The notes beneath the pieces are model-generated. The model was not told the DNA's origin. It did no database searches and saw nothing but the letters and a program-made list of their open reading frames with translations. Positions 55,711-64,000 of a DNA stretch of 64,000 bases are shown in pieces. Within the stretch, counting starts at the first letter, position 1. Each line of letters begins with the position of its first letter. Made by a program: the position numbers and the translations under genes. Source of the DNA: an uncultured virus (IMG/VR IMGVR_UViG_3300032213_000694) (lineage: Duplodnaviria > Heunggongvirae > Uroviricota > Caudoviricetes > Crassvirales); IMG/VR virus record IMGVR_UViG_3300032213_000694, positions 1 to 64,000 of that record, one strand, 5' to 3'.

Positions 55711-57126
55711 CTAGTTCTCGAAGATGAAGAAGTTGTTCGCACCAAGAGTACATAAAGCACGCTCAGATAAGAAGTTAACCTCCATTGCATCAAGGTCGCT
55801 AGTTTGAGCACCACCAGCAGAACCAGTGATCCAAGTTTTGTAGCGACGATCTTCAGTTTCAGAAGCACGGTAACGAACGTGTAAGAACGGACGCTTTGCA
55901 TTCTTTCCTAAGATTTGATCGTATACGTTAGTAGAACCTGCAGGTACTAAGATACCATTGATACCACCACCAACGATTCCACCACGAGTAGTAGCATCGT
56001 TTAAGTATTTCCAATCAGTCTTGTAGAAGTCATAACCACGACGGAATCCTGTGAAACCTAATTCTAACGCCATGTCTTCTTTGTTGTCGAACAAACCGTA
56101 TGAAGTACCACCTGATCCGTAAGAGTTTTGAGAAGCTAACATGTCGTTGATATCGAAAGAGAACTTACGATTAACGAACAATACGTTCTCTTGGATAGCT
56201 CCTTGCTTGTCAAGACGTTGGATGATAGCATCGAAGTCAGACAAAGTAGTAGGGTTACCACCAGACCATACGTTACCACGAGTTTGAACTGCATCAAATA
56301 AACCTTGAGTACCAGCGTCGCCAGGTTGAACTTGAGAAGAAGCAACTGTCAAGTAAGTTAAAGCACCTGAACCAGCTTCTGCAGGAACACCTTCAACCAT
56401 TGACATCTCTAAGTAGTCTTCGAAACGCAAACGAGTCTCGTGCTCAGATTTGATGTACCATAAGTAACCAGTAGCACCATTCTCAGAAGTTACTTCAACC
56501 CATCCGATTTGAGCCATGTCAGAACCAGATACAGTGTACTTGTCTTTGATGATGATTGGCTTGTTCTCGAAGAATAAGTCTTGAGACTCTAAAGAACCGA
56601 TCATACCAGTTGAACCCTTAGTGAATTCAGAACCGTAAACGAATGCAGTAGAAGCAGTCGACGCAGCGATTGTTTGTCCTGGACCGTTGTAGTAAGCAAC
56701 TGTGAAAGTGTTAGCAGAAGTATTTACTGCAGTGATAACCGCTTTATCAGAAGCAGAACCAGTGTTAGCAGATAAAAATACAGTTTGGTTAACACGGAAG
56801 TTAACGATTACGTTAGAATCATTAACTGTCCAAGTTGCGGTGTCAGCACCAGCAACAGCAGTAGTTGTTACGTTAACATATTTAGTATGTAAACGACCTT
56901 GCTCTGCCCACTTAATTAAGTCAGAGTTAGAAGGTAATTCTGCACCTACCATACGTAAGAAAGATGCAATAGAGCGATTACCATAACGTTCGAATTCTGA
57001 CTCGTAAGTATCAGGAAGATACTGGTTTAAGAAGTCGAAGTTAGTAATGTAGTTAGTAGGCAATGTTGCCCGTACCGCAGAGGGTTGCAATTGAAACCCC
57101 GGGGATGCTTGAACTGATCCAGCCAT
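55711..57126 (-). CDS. major capsid protein
   Basis: 471 aa after portal and scaffold; strongly biased codons; W.EQGRLH; downstream terminator. Confidence 0.85.
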   Translation of the reverse strand: MAGSVQASPGFQLQPSAVRATLPTNYITNFDFLNQYLPDTYESEFERYGNRSIASFLRMVGAELPSNSDLIKWAEQGRLHTKYVNVTTTAVAGADTATWTVNDSNVIVNFRVNQTVFLSANTGSASDKAVITAVNTSANTFTVAYYNGPGQTIAASTASTAFVYGSEFTKGSTGMIGSLESQDLFFENKPIIIKDKYTVSGSDMAQIGWVEVTSENGATGYLWYIKSEHETRLRFEDYLEMSMVEGVPAEAGSGALTYLTVASSQVQPGDAGTQGLFDAVQTRGNVWSGGNPTTLSDFDAIIQRLDKQGAIQENVLFVNRKFSFDINDMLASQNSYGSGGTSYGLFDNKEDMALELGFTGFRRGYDFYKTDWKYLNDATTRGGIVGGGINGILVPAGSTNVYDQILGKNAKRPFLHVRYRASETEDRRYKTWITGSAGGAQTSDLDAMEVNFLSERALCTLGANNFFIFEN

Positions 57127-57149
57127 TGTTTTGTTGTTTGTTTTTTAGT

Positions 57150-58235
57150 TTATAATTTTCTTATTTTTAGTCTGCTACCATGATCATTATCCAAAGCCTT
57201 AACTGAGAACCCACCTTTTTCAACATGTTGTGGAGCGTTTCTTACGCTCATGTCGATGTTTTTGCTTTGACGAACTGAGTCATCAATTGCATCTGCTTTG
57301 CCCATATCATAAAAGAATTTGGCCATTGCATCAGGGTTCATTGCCGCAGCAATTGTTTTATGATACTGTTTAGCATCCTTAATGTATCCATCTTCATTAA
57401 CAAAATTGTTAAAGAATTTAGAAATGTCTGTTTGTTGAGCTTTCAGCTGCTCTGGAGTTCCCGGTTTGTAAGAAATCTCTTTATCTCCAATCTTGAAATC
57501 AAAACCTTTGAATTCATCAGAGAATAAATCGTTTGTCTTATTAATAAAGTACTCCGATTTTTTAGCCTGCTCCTGCTGCATAGCAGTAGATTGGCTAATA
57601 TATTGCTTGTAAGATTCCAAAGCAACTTTGTCTTCATCAGGAATTGAGTACTCCATCCTCGACTCAAGGGGAGCTTTATATTTTTCCTTTTGTTCTTCAA
57701 AGTACTTTGACGCCTTGCCAAGTTCTTTTTTAAGTGCTAATTTTTTGCGCTTGATTTCTTTCTCATCATCCTCATCTTCATCATAGCTAAATCTTGATTC
57801 GTACTCGAATGCAATATCCTCATCATCAAAATCAGGATTAGTTTCACGCATATAATCAGCTAGAAGCCTTTCTGGTGTAACCTTAGAAAAATCTTGGTTA
57901 ACACGGTAGAAGTCTTCTAAACCACGCCCTGTCTCTTTCTTAAATTTTAAGAAAGCATTAACATCTTCAGGCAATAACTCCTGTTGAGGCTGTGGTTTTT
58001 CTGTAAACAATTCATCCAAAGAGTCTACCTCCTTGTTGAATTTCGTTTTCAAATATGAAAGAACGTCGTTATCACCAAAACTAGGTGATTCTATTACTGG
58101 CTCTTGTATATGCACTTCCTCAACAGGAGCTACATCTTCAGCCATCTTTTGTTCGTGGTCATCAAGCAATTGTTGCTCGATTTCTTGCACAGACTTTTCC
58201 TCAAAGTCTACAAGTTTTACTTTAATATTTTCCAT
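57150..58235 (-). CDS. capsid scaffolding protein (putative)
   Basis: Very acidic coiled coil between portal and capsid genes. Confidence 0.7.
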   Translation of the reverse strand: MENIKVKLVDFEEKSVQEIEQQLLDDHEQKMAEDVAPVEEVHIQEPVIESPSFGDNDVLSYLKTKFNKEVDSLDELFTEKPQPQQELLPEDVNAFLKFKKETGRGLEDFYRVNQDFSKVTPERLLADYMRETNPDFDDEDIAFEYESRFSYDEDEDDEKEIKRKKLALKKELGKASKYFEEQKEKYKAPLESRMEYSIPDEDKVALESYKQYISQSTAMQQEQAKKSEYFINKTNDLFSDEFKGFDFKIGDKEISYKPGTPEQLKAQQTDISKFFNNFVNEDGYIKDAKQYHKTIAAAMNPDAMAKFFYDMGKADAIDDSVRQSKNIDMSVRNAPQHVEKGGFSVKALDNDHGSRLKIRKL

Positions 58236-58254
58236 TTAATTTAATTTAGTTACA

Positions 58255-58262
58255 CAAAAGTA
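58255..58262 (-). promoter_or_regulatory. -7 promoter box for scaffold/capsid genes
   Basis: TACTTTTG. Confidence 0.6.
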
Positions 58263-58272
58263 ATAATAAAAT

Positions 58273-60705
58273 TTATCTTGGGTTAAACTGCTCTAAGCTG
58301 AAGCCGTCTAACGAATCTTCTTGAGACTCAAAGTTCATCGCAGGTAGGTCTTTTTGACGTTGCTCAATTAACTTTGATTGCTGAGTAGCTTGGAGTTTTG
58401 TGCGATCATCCTTAGCTTTCTCTTTGTCCATATCTAGTTGCTTAATCTTCTCAACCTCCATACCTTTTAGTTGCATGTTGTAATTGAATTCAACCGACAT
58501 TAATTGCTCTTTAATCTGAGCTTCAGCTTGCATTCTTTGTACATCCAACTGCATTTGGTTTTGAGCAATCATAGCTTTAGCTTGTGCCTCAGCTTGAATA
58601 GCTTGTAACTTAAATTGAGCTGCCGCTTGAGAAGATTGGATATTACCTTGAGTTTGCATTTGGATTTTTGCTTGCTCATTATCCATATCTTGCTTCTGCT
58701 TATTCTTACGTTTAAGTTTTAGCAATTCGTTGGCAATCTTAATATTCTTCATTTGACGAATATCAATAGCGTCCTCAAGTGTGATTTGATCACGTTGTAA
58801 AGCCATCTGAATATTCGCTTCTAGCTGACCTCTTTCTTCTTCGTCAGGAGCAACCTCAATAAATATACCAAAGTCATGTAAGTACAAGTCCTTAATTTCT
58901 TCTAAAATAGCAACATTGTATTTACCAATTTGCATTGTAAACTCTTCTTTGAAATCAGAGTATTCTAATATATCCGCAACACGAAGAGACAACGCCTCCG
59001 ATAATCTGCGAGTAATAAATAAACTTCCCTCTAAGATGTGACGAGTTGCAGTATTTGAATTAAGTGCTGCAAGCTTTTGAACACCTACTAATGCATCAGG
59101 GTTTGGAGTAGAAGCATCACGTGCTTCGTTCAATCCTGTTACATCACGTATCATGCTAAGATACTGATTGTATGCATTAATCAATGCAGTAATCTTACCT
59201 TGGCCACTATTAGTGTTGAGTTCTTGAATTGGTATACGGCCATGGTTTAAGTCACCATCAGTTGTCATGCTGCGTCCAATAACACTACCCGTTTGGAAAT
59301 ATAAACGTAAAGCATCTTCAGGATTGTAAGAAGCACCTGTACCCAAGTCAACTTCATTGATACCATCAGCATCGATGAATACACCATCTGGTACAACACG
59401 TTGTAGAACTTGTTGTAATTTAAGATGGGTCATTTGAATTAAGTCAGCAAAAGGAATCATACGACGAGTCAACGACTCAACAATTCCTTTGTACATTCTT
59501 GGTGCTACAGCTATATATTGTGGTAATGCATACTGAGAAGCAGATTTAGGGCGAACCATATTACGAGCAAGCTCCCACTTAAGTAGATAAGGAGATCCAG
59601 GTACCATAATACCTTCGTACCATACGTCAATTCTCTTCTCAATTCTCTCAAACCTTTCTTCAGTTCCTTCCGGAGGATTAAAGTTCTCATCTTTTTGTAT
59701 TACACGAACACCATTGTTCTCAAGATATTTCTTCTTGTAAACAAATGTCTTATCTGTTTTATAATTAAAATATAATAACGTAACCACATCTCTGTTAAAG
59801 ATGTCGCTACGGTACGGACGCATGATGCCGTAATAATTGTACCACGCAGTTCCTAATTGCTGAATCTCTGCCAACTCCTCTTTTGTAATGTCTGGCTTAA
59901 TCTTAATTAGTTCTGTGATTGGTACTTGCTTTACTTCTCCCCAATAGAAACAATCGTCAAATGTTGGGGATTCTGTGTAACTATATACAATGTTAGCGGG
60001 GTCAACATACTCCACACGAACTCCGGTTCCTGGTACAAAGGAGTGTTTTACTACGCCTATGCCGATTGTTGTGATGTCGTAGTCGACCCTTTTACGAACG
60101 TCTTGGTAATGGTTTAAATCTAAGATAGTATTGATTGCCTCTTCTTCTGCAATCTCAATAGCAGGCTTATATTTAAGCTGCATATATAAAGATAACTCTT
60201 GCTCGTTCTCAGGGATATCTTGCTCAGGAATGTTATAAGCATCAACACCTAATTGTTCTTTACCTATTTTTAAAACATCTTTTGCAATCATATCCCTTTC
60301 AACCATCTGTTGAAATCCAAATCGATTGTCCATTGACATTGCGTCTTGCGCATATGCTTTAACCTCAAATAAGCGATCGTGCATACCGTTAACAACGATG
60401 TCAACAAACTTAGGGATAATAGGGACAGGAGTCCAATCAAGGTTAAGGTGCGACATATCGCCATCTACCTCTAATTGGCTTTTGTATTTTGCAATAGGTT
60501 GCTCGCCACGAGCATAAAGCCTAACTCTATGGAAATCAATCCATTGTGAATAGTATCGGCAACTATTGCCTGTCTTTGCAAACCATTCGTATGAAATGCT
60601 TTGCCCAATTCTTAAGCCATATTCCCAAGATGCCTTTTCCTGATCAGTCGCTAACTGCGAGGGGAATTGGGTATCTGGCATTAATATTCCAAGAGGTTTG
60701 TTCAT
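58273..60705 (-). CDS. portal protein
   Basis: 810 aa after terminase; PIIPKFVDIVVNG, TGLNEARD; Q-rich C-terminal coiled coil. Confidence 0.85.
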   Translation of the reverse strand: MNKPLGILMPDTQFPSQLATDQEKASWEYGLRIGQSISYEWFAKTGNSCRYYSQWIDFHRVRLYARGEQPIAKYKSQLEVDGDMSHLNLDWTPVPIIPKFVDIVVNGMHDRLFEVKAYAQDAMSMDNRFGFQQMVERDMIAKDVLKIGKEQLGVDAYNIPEQDIPENEQELSLYMQLKYKPAIEIAEEEAINTILDLNHYQDVRKRVDYDITTIGIGVVKHSFVPGTGVRVEYVDPANIVYSYTESPTFDDCFYWGEVKQVPITELIKIKPDITKEELAEIQQLGTAWYNYYGIMRPYRSDIFNRDVVTLLYFNYKTDKTFVYKKKYLENNGVRVIQKDENFNPPEGTEERFERIEKRIDVWYEGIMVPGSPYLLKWELARNMVRPKSASQYALPQYIAVAPRMYKGIVESLTRRMIPFADLIQMTHLKLQQVLQRVVPDGVFIDADGINEVDLGTGASYNPEDALRLYFQTGSVIGRSMTTDGDLNHGRIPIQELNTNSGQGKITALINAYNQYLSMIRDVTGLNEARDASTPNPDALVGVQKLAALNSNTATRHILEGSLFITRRLSEALSLRVADILEYSDFKEEFTMQIGKYNVAILEEIKDLYLHDFGIFIEVAPDEEERGQLEANIQMALQRDQITLEDAIDIRQMKNIKIANELLKLKRKNKQKQDMDNEQAKIQMQTQGNIQSSQAAAQFKLQAIQAEAQAKAMIAQNQMQLDVQRMQAEAQIKEQLMSVEFNYNMQLKGMEVEKIKQLDMDKEKAKDDRTKLQATQQSKLIEQRQKDLPAMNFESQEDSLDGFSLEQFNPR

Positions 60706-62915
60706 ATCTTGTTAATTCTACTGAAGGAACCAGTGTTATCGTAAGTTGCAAATTTAATGCTTATTTTTGACTCTTTTTTCTCAGGCAAATATACGTGCTT
60801 TTGATTTGCCATAATAGCATACCCTGAACTAATTGAAGCATCATACTTTGTTCTGTCATTTACATCGAATCTAGCCCAATCTTGAAGTGTTTTATTAAAC
60901 GGCATATCTCCTATCTCATCAGGCTGACGGTAGTTACCCTCCATATCTAAACCGATAAATCGCTCAATGTATGTCTCAATTGCTGTAGCGTGTGCCTGCT
61001 TAATATCTTCACTTGATGATGGTATGCCACCAATCTCTCTTTCTGTGAATGATAGTTTGTGAGCTGGCTTGTCGGGCCTGTTCATTGAGAACCCACGGTA
61101 GCCTCTATTCTTAAAGTGATAAAGAAGACGTGCCTTGTTATTCTCGCAAAGTATAGGCATGCCGTAGAACACACAAGCCATCAGCACCTCTTCAAAGAAT
61201 ATCTCTGCCGTCTGTGGACGAGCAATGTATTCTAAAAAGAAAGTATTGGATGGGGCTCCTGTCATATTAAACTTGGTCAATCCGTGGAGCGAACCGTTTG
61301 ATCCACCAAAGGTCGCACCTGAGATGTCGTAGGGGTCACAACCAAACGCACCAATATGCTCATTACCCGGATATCTATTCCCATTTTTAGTAATATAATT
61401 ATTGTTCACCCCGGGCCCTGGTATCCAAGATACTAAGAACCTACCGTTCTTATCAGGTGTCCAAATAACCTTGGTGTCTTTCTCTCCGTTAGCCCAGTGA
61501 AAGTAGCCACGTGTTATGACGTGGTCTTGAATTAAGCTATCATTGTAGTCTATCTGCTGATAGATTTTAGTCAAGTTAAACAAAGATGACTTGGTCTCAT
61601 CACGGAAAGCGTGTGACTCTGTTCTAGGAAACTGACGATAAAATTCATTTAGTGCATCAGGGTTAGCCTTTAGCGATGACACCTCATTATTCCAATACTC
61701 AATTACCCCTTGCGTTATCCAAGTCCCCTCTGCCGAACGTACAGGCTTCTCAGGTTTTTCTAAGACTGCGTGACCATACTCGTCAATATATCCCTCAAAG
61801 TTATACTCCATCGGGATAAAGAGCGAATACAGACCTGATATAGTCTGACCATTCTGGTTTCTTTTCTTAACGTTTGAGTCATAGTAAATCCGTTTATAGT
61901 TTTCTCCGCCTTTGTCGAGTGCATTTGATGTTGATCCCATCATACACTTGCCAATAATTCTAGCACCTAAACGAAGACAAGTTTTTCTGACACGCCAACC
62001 GTTCTCTATGTTCATAGGACGCTCTAACTTAGCAGCCTCATCCTCAACCAAATATAACAATTTTTCTCCATCATAACTGTTGTCCGCTGTGTTACGCCAG
62101 TCAATAGTTGTATCCAATCCGTCAATCTCTTCCTCATTCTCCTCGTGCATATTCTTACGAGTAATCTTAGAAGCTGGAACACGGAAGGCAAGCTCTGTCT
62201 TTGGAGCAGACATACCATCACGCACGGGTTGGAAAAAGAATGGATAGTTATTTGCAATCGGAACTACCTTATCGGTAAACATCTTCTTAGCATCGGGGCC
62301 CGTCTTAGATGTTAAACCTATACGAGCATCCTTAGCTAAGGTTGCAATGTTGACTGCTTCTGATGAAGCCATAAAAGAGAAACCTGAACGACGGTTCTTA
62401 AGGTAACACATGCCAAAGCATCTGCTGTCAGCCTTACACGCTTCCCAAAATATAAAGAATATCCTGTTTGATTCACGGAAGTCAGGATGACCTACGTCAG
62501 TCTTTGACCATTGCAGATACATATAATGTGCACCTGTGATGTAAGTCTTCTCACTATTGTTGATAAACCAATACCCTAACTCACGTCTGTCAAACTCTTT
62601 CTCGATGTAGTCTACCCATTGAGACTTAAATGAATTGTCACGACGGTTCCAATCAAAGATGGTCTTGATGCGAGATAGTTCTTTAGGTAGCTCTGTGGCT
62701 TTCCATTTGTTGCCATCGTAGTCAACCTTGTCAGGAGCCAATGGCAGGGCAACTCTTAGCCCACTAATATTGTACACCTCCCCAATCGTGCCATCTTTTG
62801 ACACGACCACAAAGTCGTACTCAGGGTCCCAGCCATACTCCCAATCTTTCTTTGCATTTCTTTTTGCAAGAATCTTATTAGGAACATTAGACTCATCAAT
62901 ATAGAATAAACTCAT
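60702..62915 (-). CDS. terL: terminase large subunit
   Basis: K.RR.GFS (Walker A variant), DEAAK (Walker B), GST.N, nuclease GCDP, ENN, D..ISSG. Confidence 0.9.
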   Translation of the reverse strand: MSLFYIDESNVPNKILAKRNAKKDWEYGWDPEYDFVVVSKDGTIGEVYNISGLRVALPLAPDKVDYDGNKWKATELPKELSRIKTIFDWNRRDNSFKSQWVDYIEKEFDRRELGYWFINNSEKTYITGAHYMYLQWSKTDVGHPDFRESNRIFFIFWEACKADSRCFGMCYLKNRRSGFSFMASSEAVNIATLAKDARIGLTSKTGPDAKKMFTDKVVPIANNYPFFFQPVRDGMSAPKTELAFRVPASKITRKNMHEENEEEIDGLDTTIDWRNTADNSYDGEKLLYLVEDEAAKLERPMNIENGWRVRKTCLRLGARIIGKCMMGSTSNALDKGGENYKRIYYDSNVKKRNQNGQTISGLYSLFIPMEYNFEGYIDEYGHAVLEKPEKPVRSAEGTWITQGVIEYWNNEVSSLKANPDALNEFYRQFPRTESHAFRDETKSSLFNLTKIYQQIDYNDSLIQDHVITRGYFHWANGEKDTKVIWTPDKNGRFLVSWIPGPGVNNNYITKNGNRYPGNEHIGAFGCDPYDISGATFGGSNGSLHGLTKFNMTGAPSNTFFLEYIARPQTAEIFFEEVLMACVFYGMPILCENNKARLLYHFKNRGYRGFSMNRPDKPAHKLSFTEREIGGIPSSSEDIKQAHATAIETYIERFIGLDMEGNYRQPDEIGDMPFNKTLQDWARFDVNDRTKYDASISSGYAIMANQKHVYLPEKKESKISIKFATYDNTGSFSRINKI

Positions 62916-63193
62916 TTAGTTTTTGCTCTTTGTTCTGCGAATCCACGATTAGTAGGTGCAGAGTTACCAACTACTCCCTCAATAATATTATTCTCCTCCT
63001 CGACTCTTTTAAGAATCTCAAAAGCATCCATGATAGCAAGTTTCTTTGCTGCCGCTGCGTTCTTAAGTTTGTCTGCAGACAAGTCATCATCCATGTGGGT
63101 GACAATCTTCTCTTCAGCAACTTTAATCAACTCCTCAACGGCTTTATACCCAGAGTCAATAATACGCTTTTTTAACTCGGTTATTTTATTCAT
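62912..63193 (-). CDS. terminase small subunit (putative)
   Basis: 93 aa helical protein coupled to terL. Confidence 0.55.
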   Translation of the reverse strand: MNKITELKKRIIDSGYKAVEELIKVAEEKIVTHMDDDLSADKLKNAAAAKKLAIMDAFEILKRVEEENNIIEGVVGNSAPTNRGFAEQRAKTK

Positions 63194-63740
63194 TTAATTT
63201 GATTGTTACATTCTTAGTGTACACACGATATAGAATCTCGCCATCTAGGTCGAACTCATACTCGCTATCAGGCTCAAACGTGACCATGTCGCCATCTTTT
63301 ACACCTAAGTCTAGTATCTCATCGTTCGTGTATCTTATCGTGCCTGTAAGAGGCTTCTTTGCGTCTGCTGTAGTAATGCCTTCAAAGTCATTATCGATTG
63401 GCTTGATGAATAGATATCTACCGATTCCTTTCCACTCACCACCTGGCTTCTTATACGCATATGGATCGTCGACAAAGAACAAATCCTCTCGGAAGTAATT
63501 CCAAGCAGACTTCTCTCTACCACGCATGTCATAGTACAACCTGAAAGTATTATGATGGCACACAATTGTGTCGCCAGGCTCGATAGGCCCAGTGTAATTA
63601 ATAGGGGTTGAGATAACAACAGCTTCTCTTGTCGTTACACGATGATCTTCTTTAGAGGTGGAAATGTAAAGTTCTCCTCTTTGATTATCATACCTGTTGC
63701 CCCCCTTCGGTGTTACCAAATAATAGTAAGGGCTCCGCAT
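63186..63740 (-). CDS. tandem GroES-like co-chaperonin
   Basis: Two GroES-like halves: YLVTP...AVVISTP...IEPGDTI and IGRYLFIKP...GTIRY...VKDGDMVTF...EFDLDGE.LY.V. Confidence 0.65.
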   Translation of the reverse strand: MRSPYYYLVTPKGGNRYDNQRGELYISTSKEDHRVTTREAVVISTPINYTGPIEPGDTIVCHHNTFRLYYDMRGREKSAWNYFREDLFFVDDPYAYKKPGGEWKGIGRYLFIKPIDNDFEGITTADAKKPLTGTIRYTNDEILDLGVKDGDMVTFEPDSEYEFDLDGEILYRVYTKNVTIKLNE

Positions 63741-63742
63741 AT

Positions 63743-63961
63743 TTAAAAATCTATATTATATTCAATTAAGAATGGCATGTTGCCATTAATCTTTTTCCAT
63801 AAGACCACCTCATCATTAGCCTCGATGTAGATTTCAATATCTCCTGCATCGGTCTGACGAATCAAATGAATCTTATAGTTCCCTTGTAGCACAGATTGGT
63901 TGTGCATGTAGTTCATTGCATTCTTGTAATCTGAACCAACTGATATCTTACGAATTACCAT
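63743..63961 (-). CDS. conserved hypothetical protein
   Basis: Start MVIRKISVGSDYKNAM.Y; ends WK..N.NMP..IEYNIDF. Confidence 0.7.
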   Translation of the reverse strand: MVIRKISVGSDYKNAMNYMHNQSVLQGNYKIHLIRQTDAGDIEIYIEANDEVVLWKKINGNMPFLIEYNIDF

Positions 63962-64000
63962 CTTTGTTCTTGATTTCTCCAGTAGCAAAGTCAATCGTGA
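63948..64000 (-). CDS. 3' end of upstream gene (partial)
   Basis: ...TIDFATGEIKNKDGNS* overlapping next start. Confidence 0.45.
   Translation of the reverse strand, partial: TIDFATGEIKNKDGNS

Noticed and set aside
57443..57721. Lys/Arg-rich alternative-frame ORF in the scaffold gene
   Set aside because: Non-ATG start; expected by-product of a Glu-rich frame; no family resemblance
1..64000. Alternative genetic code, introns/inteins, tRNAs, integrase
   Set aside because: Conserved genes are full length in the standard code with TAA, TAG and TGA all used as stops; no intein or T-loop signatures and no recombinase motifs noticed by eye

Overview
The window is most of the genome of a lytic-looking tailed dsDNA phage with a podovirus-like structural module. 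The host is inferred to be Bacteroidota: TAnnTTTG (-7) promoter boxes precede many genes and leaders are A-rich without Shine-Dalgarno sequences. Two divergent arms start at a ~0.7 kb non-coding segment near 19.6-20.2 kb, the likely genome end. The + arm (20.3-39.2 kb) holds early genes, a C5 methyltransferase, a Sak/exonuclease/SSB module, a primase-helicase, an SNF2 helicase, VRR-NUC, nrdB/nrdA, a metallophosphoesterase and a ferritin-like protein. The - strand (64-39.3 kb and 19.5 kb-1) holds a tandem GroES-like protein, terminase, portal, scaffold, major capsid, tail and internal virion proteins, GroEL/GroES, many small basic proteins, lysis genes, a six-gene envelope cassette and a collagen-like tail fibre. 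I saw no DNA polymerase, RNA polymerase, integrase, tRNA or CRISPR array. The most notable signals are: (1) a 230-bp array of unrelated operator-like palindromes and repeats between groEL and groES, including a Bacteroidota LexA-type box; (2) a small gene overprinted inside the 2174-aa virion gene, plus a candidate -1 frameshift there; (3) a CsgG-like/cohesin-dockerin/beta-barrel cassette; (4) a shared PL[AP]P[ST] motif in four basic proteins; (5) two homologous origin-like elements 9088 bp apart. All family calls come from motif recognition by eye; no searches were run.
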